Assembly: GCA_043228905.1 (NCBI GenBank)
Contig: JBHGNT010000004.1
Coordinates: 2,604,001-2,668,000, forward strand
Direction of reading: 5' to 3'
Length of the DNA stretch: 64,000 nucleotides
Source of the DNA: Azolla caroliniana
Taxonomy: Eukaryota > Plantae > Polypodiophyta
Shown: positions 58,108 to 64,000 of the stretch, piece after piece
How positions within the stretch are numbered: position 1 is the first letter of the stretch
Layout: each line of letters begins with the position of its first letter
Notes under the pieces: generated by a model
Told to the model about the DNA's origin: nothing
Database searches by the model: none
Seen by the model: the letters and a program-made list of their open reading frames with translations, nothing else
Translations under genes and position numbers: made by a program

Positions 58108-61100
58108 GGATCTTAACGTGGAATGTACAAGGCCTTGGTGGAGGCCGGCAGCCCCAAGAGTGCAAAAGACTTCGGGAGGAGTTGAATCCCTCTAATATTG
58201 GGGGCAAGATCGACATACTGTTGTTGTAGGAACATCATCTCTCTAAAGAGAGAATTCAGAGCCTAGTAAACCCCTTGTCGGGTGGGTGGACTACGTGGTG
58301 GTCGGCGGCACAAGGTGACCGTCAAAGAAGGGGAGGGGTTTGCATCTCGATCAGTGATAAGGCCCGATATGAAGCAACATCACATGGCACGCTGGTTGCG
58401 GGTAGGGCTTTATATGTGCTTCTGAAATGGAATCACCTACAGATTGGGGTGCTAAACATTTATGCCCCTAACTCATCCCTCGAGAGAGCAATCTTCTGGA
58501 GGATGTTAGTGACCACATTACCTGATGTAGAGGCATGGATAATGGTTGGTGATTTCAACATGACTGAACATCTGGGTGACAAGAAAGGGGGGACCCAAAG
58601 ACCAATTCATGGTGCGGAACTGGACTCATGGGCTCTCTTAATTGGCAAAAACGGGGTGAAAGATACATGGGGCTCTTCCCTTAGGAGATGCTCACATTCG
58701 CTACACTTCTCGAGAGCCGTCGTGAATGTTAGGGGTGGTAGCCTTGCACGGTTAGACCGCATATACATCAGCTCGTCCCTTGAGGAGTTGGGGGGCTCCT
58801 TCGCTATCTTGGCATGCCTTACCTTCTCTGATCACCAACCGATGAGACTAGACCTTAACCCACCCAACGGCACCCACGGGAGTCTCAACATGAAAATCCC
58901 CACAAAGATCATGAAGAGTGAAGAGGTGAAGGCGGTTCTACAGAGTATATGGCGGGAGACCATTGTAAGAGAATCGGCTAGTGAGGATTTGCAGAAAAAA
59001 CTGGCCCTTTCCTCCTCCTTTTTACAACAAGAGACCAAGCGGGCCCTCCAACAGGTCAGAGCCATTGAAATAAAATTAAGGAAGTCCGTTGCGGCAGCGC
59101 AATGCTTGCTACAGGCGGACCCTGGCTGCATTTGGTCTAGATCTAAGCTAGAGGAAGCCAAGATGAAGGTTCGGGAAAGGATGGAGGAGAGGAACCGAAT
59201 GTTATTTCGAAGGACCGCGGCATGGTGGGCTAGAATAGACGATAGGGTCAACCGACATTTCTTTCATTACAAGGCTCCCAAGGGTGGTGGTGGACGTATA
59301 CAACAGTTGCGCAAACCAGACGGCTCAATTATGAAGGACAAGGATGAGATTTTGCATATGGCAACGCAATACTATCAAGACCTACTTGCACCTGTGCATA
59401 TGAGGCAAAACGTAGAGCTGGCTGATAGGGTGATGACTTGCATTCACCCCAAGGTATCCCAAGAGATGGAAATGGTGATCGATAGCCCCATTTCTCGTAT
59501 AGAACTCTCGGAGGCACTCAAGGATTTGAGGAGAGGAGCATGCCCCGGCCTCAATGGTCTCTCACGAGATTTTTTCGAGATCCATTGGGACACTGTTATC
59601 CCGTCCTTGGAAGTCGGGGTTCAAGAGATTTGGTCCTCGGGAACGATGCCAACCGGGCTGGCTGAGGGAGGGGATGATCTATCTCATTCCCAAAGCGGTA
59701 GAGCGAAGCCTGGAGTTGCCCCAATGGCGTCCTATAACGATCCTTAACACGTTTTACAAGATTTTGGCAAAAGTCCTTGCGCGACGGTTAGCAAGCTTCT
59801 TACCGGACATTATACATGAGAATCAAACAGGGTTTATTAGGAGCAGGTGTATCTTTGATAATGTGTTGCTTCTCTGGGAAGCCATGGCATTGGCTGATTA
59901 GTCCGTCTCAAGCTCAGCTATTCTGATGCTTGACTTCGAGAAGGCATACGATAGGGTCCTTTGGCCCTTCTTGGAAAATGTGATGAGAGCTATGGGCCTA
60001 CCCCAAAAATGGAGGAAATGCACTTCTGCCCTCTATCGGACTGCTACCAGTAGTGTGCTGATCGCGGGTGCTAGGGGCCCTTCCTTCAAACTACAACACT
60101 CAGTGAGGCAAGGTTGTCCCCTAGCCCCATATCTTTATCTATTCGTAACCGAGGCATTCTCTGCCTACTTACAAGCCCCAAGCAATGGATTGAGGGGATT
60201 GCCCATCCCTAATGCGAGTGAAGATCTTCTTCTATCCGAATATGCTGATGATATGGTCCTCTTCCTGCAAGGTGATGAGGAGAATTTGCAGCAGGCTTAA
60301 CATCTAGTCGAGGACTTTTGTCAGGCTGTTGGTGCCAAGGTCAATTGGGATAAAACCTAAGGCCTTTGGTTCAACGAACAAGAGAAACCAAGGTGGCATC
60401 CCCATGCCGATTTTACATGGGTCCCTAACGGGACGACGTTCAAGTATCTAGGATTTACTATGGGGAGGGCAATTCCCAAGGGAGCGCAACTGTCCCTTGT
60501 GCAAGCCAAAATAAGCAAGAAGCTAAACCAATGGAGCAGATCTAAATTATCCTTCGCTGGTAGGGTCCTTTGCGAACCAAGTGATGCTCGCCACCATGTG
60601 GCACTCGGTCTCATGTTGGATTATGGACCCGGCAGGTTTGCATGCGATTAAGGCTGCCATCAAGGGATTTATATGGTCCGGTAAGGATAACCCAATGGCT
60701 GCTGCCAGAGTGTCATGGCGTTGGTTAACGCAGCCGCGAGCCAAAGGGGGGCTTGGCCTCATAGACCCCTTAACATAGAGTCGTGCATTGCTGGCCAAAT
60801 TGGTGGTTCGTTGCCTTCTCCCAGGTAAGGGGTGTTGGAAGGTACTACTTCGCAATAGGTTGCAAGCAGGGACTCCCAAGTATGGTAGGCCTTGGCCTAT
60901 CTCCTTGAACTGGTATTGCACGAGTGGAGTCCCACCCAAGATGGCTTGTCAACAGGAGGACAGGGTAACAAACTCCATCTTGCGGGCGTGGTGTCATGTG
61001 CGACAACATTTGGTCAAGCACACCCTAGAGACACTCATCGAATGGGCTAGACAACCTTTATTTTGGAATCCTCAGGTGCAAATAAGCGATGACATGATGT

Positions 61101-62418
61101 TAGGGCAGCTTAAGGGCCTGGCATGGGGAAAGTTGACGCAGACAGGGCTTCACTCTATAGACGATTGGAGACGCATGGTTTCTCCAAGGGGAGCCCAAGA
61201 GGACCCATTCCCTCCCCTCAAGGGAGCTATGAAGATGCGGAGCCTGATAGTTGAGGCAGTTGATAGGGTTCCGTTGGGGAATGTGCGAGAAGATGCATGG
61301 TTCGGTCTCTTTGATGAGGTTGGAATGGTTAAGTTGGTGAAGGGTGTGAGTCGATTGGGAAGAGATACATTTTTTGGGGAAAGGCAAAGTAGGGGCACTT
61401 GGCTTCCGGTTCGAATGGTGGCGGAGGTTGATAACATTTGGAAGACAGACCCAGATGTTACTAAGGTGGAACCCCATTGGAAGTTATGGGTATATGGTTC
61501 TCGTCCCCTCGTTGAACTAGAATGGGACCCAGGGGATTTCAGGTGGAAACATGGTGACAAACTCTGCCACTTCTTTGAATATAGCACTAAATTGGGGCGG
61601 ACTTTACAATTGCAGCTGGATGGTCCCATTCGTAATGGATGGCGAACATTGGGCATCCCTGACGAGGTGCTCATTACCTTTTGGAAGGGTCTCTGGCGTC
61701 TCCACATGCCTAAAAAAATCAAGCTCTTTTGGTGGCAAATTGGTCACAATGTGATTCCTGTTGGGGAATGGCTTGGTAAAAGGGGCGGCCCGATAGGTTG
61801 CCCACTTTGCTCTTCACCCATTGAGTCTCTGAGACACTGTCTTTGGGATTGCCCTCAAGCTCAAAAGGTATGGGACAGAGTCACTCGCCTCCTTGCGGCA
61901 TGTGAAGTGGTTGGAACAACCTCGTGGAGTGTTGTGGCATGGATTGACCACTCGACTGATAGGTGGACGGACGCTTGTAATGCGGATACTTGGTGCTATG
62001 TATGCACAGAGGCCAAATCGGCAAGATCCGCTTCGAGAGAGACTTGTTGTCCGCATCCCCTAGGTTCCTGGAAATTTGGAGGTTGATCGCGGGCTTCACC
62101 TTATGGTATGTCTGGAAAGCACGATGCTTAAAGGTTTTCCAAGATCGGGTACAACCCCCAGAGGAAGTGATCATGGATATTTGGTTCGCGCTTATCAACT
62201 GCATACGAGGGCAATTAGATGAGGTTTGCAACCACTCCAATGACATGGCGACTGCCCGGTTGCGCTTTTGGCAAAAATGGCGGAACACGCCTATGGTGAC
62301 GCTAGGAGAAAGTGGACCGAGGTGGAACTACCAGCCCCCACGATGGTTGTTTCCTTCTTTCACGCCTCCCTCCCTTCGATGTAGGCCCCGAGAGTCGGCT
62401 CATTCTGGCCGACACTAA
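58104..62418 (+). pseudogene. LINE ORF2 (APE endonuclease, RT, zf-RVT) with stops and frameshifts
   Basis: MRILTWNVQG, NIYAPN, VGDFN, ARLDRIY, SDHQP; WRPITILN, LDFEKAYDRV, VRQGCPLAPYLY, YADD, KYLG; CPLCSSPIESLRHCLWDC. Confidence 0.93.
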
Positions 62419-62749
62419 AGGCCACTGCTTTTAGGTATAGGTATCTACTTACTTTAGGTAGTCGGTTTGAAAAACTATGTAAGTAGTCTCATTTTCTTGA
62501 TCTTGATTTGAGGGAGATTCCTCGTTTTGTGTATAAGCTTCCTTGTATAGTCTCCTTGTAGTAATCCTTCCTAACTAATGGGAAAGTAGCTTTATTTTGG
62601 AAAAAAATAAAAATAAAAGCTTCAATGTGGAGTATAACTACTCCACCTTGTCATTAATCTGCCTTAAAATATTCCTTTCCCATATGGAATGAAACTCCAA
62701 TCGTTGTAACTCTGCTCATTGCATATATCTTTTATGTTGTCCAAAGAAC

Positions 62750-63072
62750 CTCTAGGACATAATTGTTAAAAAAACATGTATTCTACATTTAGAGTACGTT
62801 TTGGAATACTCTGAAGTATTCTACGTTTTAGAACTGCCTTTTTAAAAAATTTGACGTATTCTATGTATTTAACAAGTAATTATCATTTAAATAAATAACA
62901 ATAATAATTAAATTAAATTTAAAATTTAAAGAAGTATTTAACGTATTTTACAAGTATTCTACACGTATTAACGTATTTTATCTATAAATACATATTTTAA
63001 GTATTTGAAAAAAAAGTTAGAATACATATTGTACACATATTTTATGCTAAGTATTTTACAACAATGCTCTAA
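62750..63072. repeat. AT-rich element with GTATT(C/T)TA subrepeats, possibly a decayed MITE
   Basis: Repeated CGTATT/GTATTCTA motifs; weak inverted ends (ATTGTT…AACAAT). Confidence 0.3.
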
Positions 63073-63479
63073 AATTGTGCACAATCGTTGTCATTCCCAA
63101 AAATGATCAAGGTTGGTCTGTTGGTCACATATTCACCTTCAAACATTTGGCCTTCCAAATATGCCAAATTGTGATACTACTTACCAATTGTCATATTTCA
63201 AGTTTCATGGTCAAATAAAATCGATGAGTATGTATTTCTTTTTTTTCCAAAAAAATTATACTTCCATTAGTTAAGAAAAAGTACCTAGGATAATATACAA
63301 CTCATATGTTACAAGCCCCTTTGCAATGGCTACAAGAAAACATCATGTATAAATGAAGCACCAAAGCCTCAACACAGAATTACTCGACAAACTCCCCTCA
63401 ACATAAGCCTCATACAACCCACATTTAGCAAAGACACCCTCCAATCTCTTCACAGTTCAACACCTACCTCTATGTTTGG

Positions 63480-63711
63480 TACCTTAGGAGGAAACAACCA
63501 CCTGGGTGGCTGATAAGTCCACTTTGCATTGTCATCCACTAGTTTATAGCTCTAGATACCTACTTACAGTAAGTAGAAAGTAAGTGAGGATATGTGCGCA
63601 ATCTCCTATTCTTGAACTTGGCCAGGGGGTGATTCCCCATTTTCTTGTATAATCTTACTATAAAAATCTCTCCTAACTAATGGGAAAGTAACTCTTGTTT
63701 GAAAAAAAAAA
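63480..63711 (+). mobile_element. 5'-truncated copy of a related LINE (ORF2 C-terminus, 3' UTR, poly-A)
   Basis: CCTAACTAATGGGAAAGTA…GAAAAAAAAAA matches 62570-62607. Upstream sequence reads KQPPGWL, like the ORF2 end YQPPRWL. Confidence 0.8.
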
Positions 63712-64000
63712 CATTTGTGGCAATTTAGATAAATTAGTGGGGTCATTAACAATATTAGAGTTTGAGGCATCAAGAAGATAAGCACTATATTGAGAAAGAT
63801 TTAACAACCCTTATATCTTGAAGGTTTTGGCAGGGTCTTGTACAAGTGGAGAACAAATCGCTTGGTTATTCACAATTGTTGTAAAGTCATGGAGAAAACT
63901 AGTCAGAAATTTTGTATATAAGTTATATGGTGGTCAAAGTTTCATAATCCAATATCATTTCTTGAATGCCATGTAGGAATTGTAAAAATTATGAAGATAA

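Larger units (their letters stand above)
56180..62618 (+). mobile_element. Near full-length L1-type non-LTR retrotransposon (LINE), decayed; 5' boundary approximate
   Basis: GC-rich 5' UTR, ORF1, ORF2 (EN-RT-zf-RVT), 3' UTR and A-rich tail at about 62601-62618. TSD not identified. Confidence 0.9.

Overview
Eukaryotic nuclear DNA from a land plant. A seed-free lineage (bryophyte, lycophyte or fern) is inferred from the retrotransposon types; this is not proven. Bases 1-17857 are a GC-rich nest of at least six LTR retrotransposons. It includes an apparently intact Ty1/copia element (419-5876; LTRs identical by eye, 5-bp TSD, single 1337-aa ORF), a full-length but decayed tRNA-Trp-primed non-chromovirus Ty3/gypsy element (10416-17372; 4-bp TSD ACGT), a second copia and further gypsy pieces. 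After a 100-N scaffold gap the DNA is AT-rich and genic: an HVA22/REEP-like gene (+), tRNA-Lys(CTT), a PQ-loop transporter (-), a hAT-type MITE, a B-box/CCT CONSTANS-like gene (-), an MCTP (QUIRKY/FTIP1 family) gene with an intronless CDS (-), and a decayed near-full-length L1-type LINE plus a truncated copy. The most notable observations are: (1) a conserved slippery heptamer plus covarying H-type pseudoknot placing a putative -1 ribosomal frameshift between protease and RT in two diverged gypsy copies; (2) about 14 copies of the palindrome TAACCNNGGTTA upstream of the MCTP gene; (3) the young, possibly active copia; (4) recurrent ACG(T/G) target sites of the gypsy family; (5) an ATGA stop/start overlap joining LINE ORF1 and ORF2.
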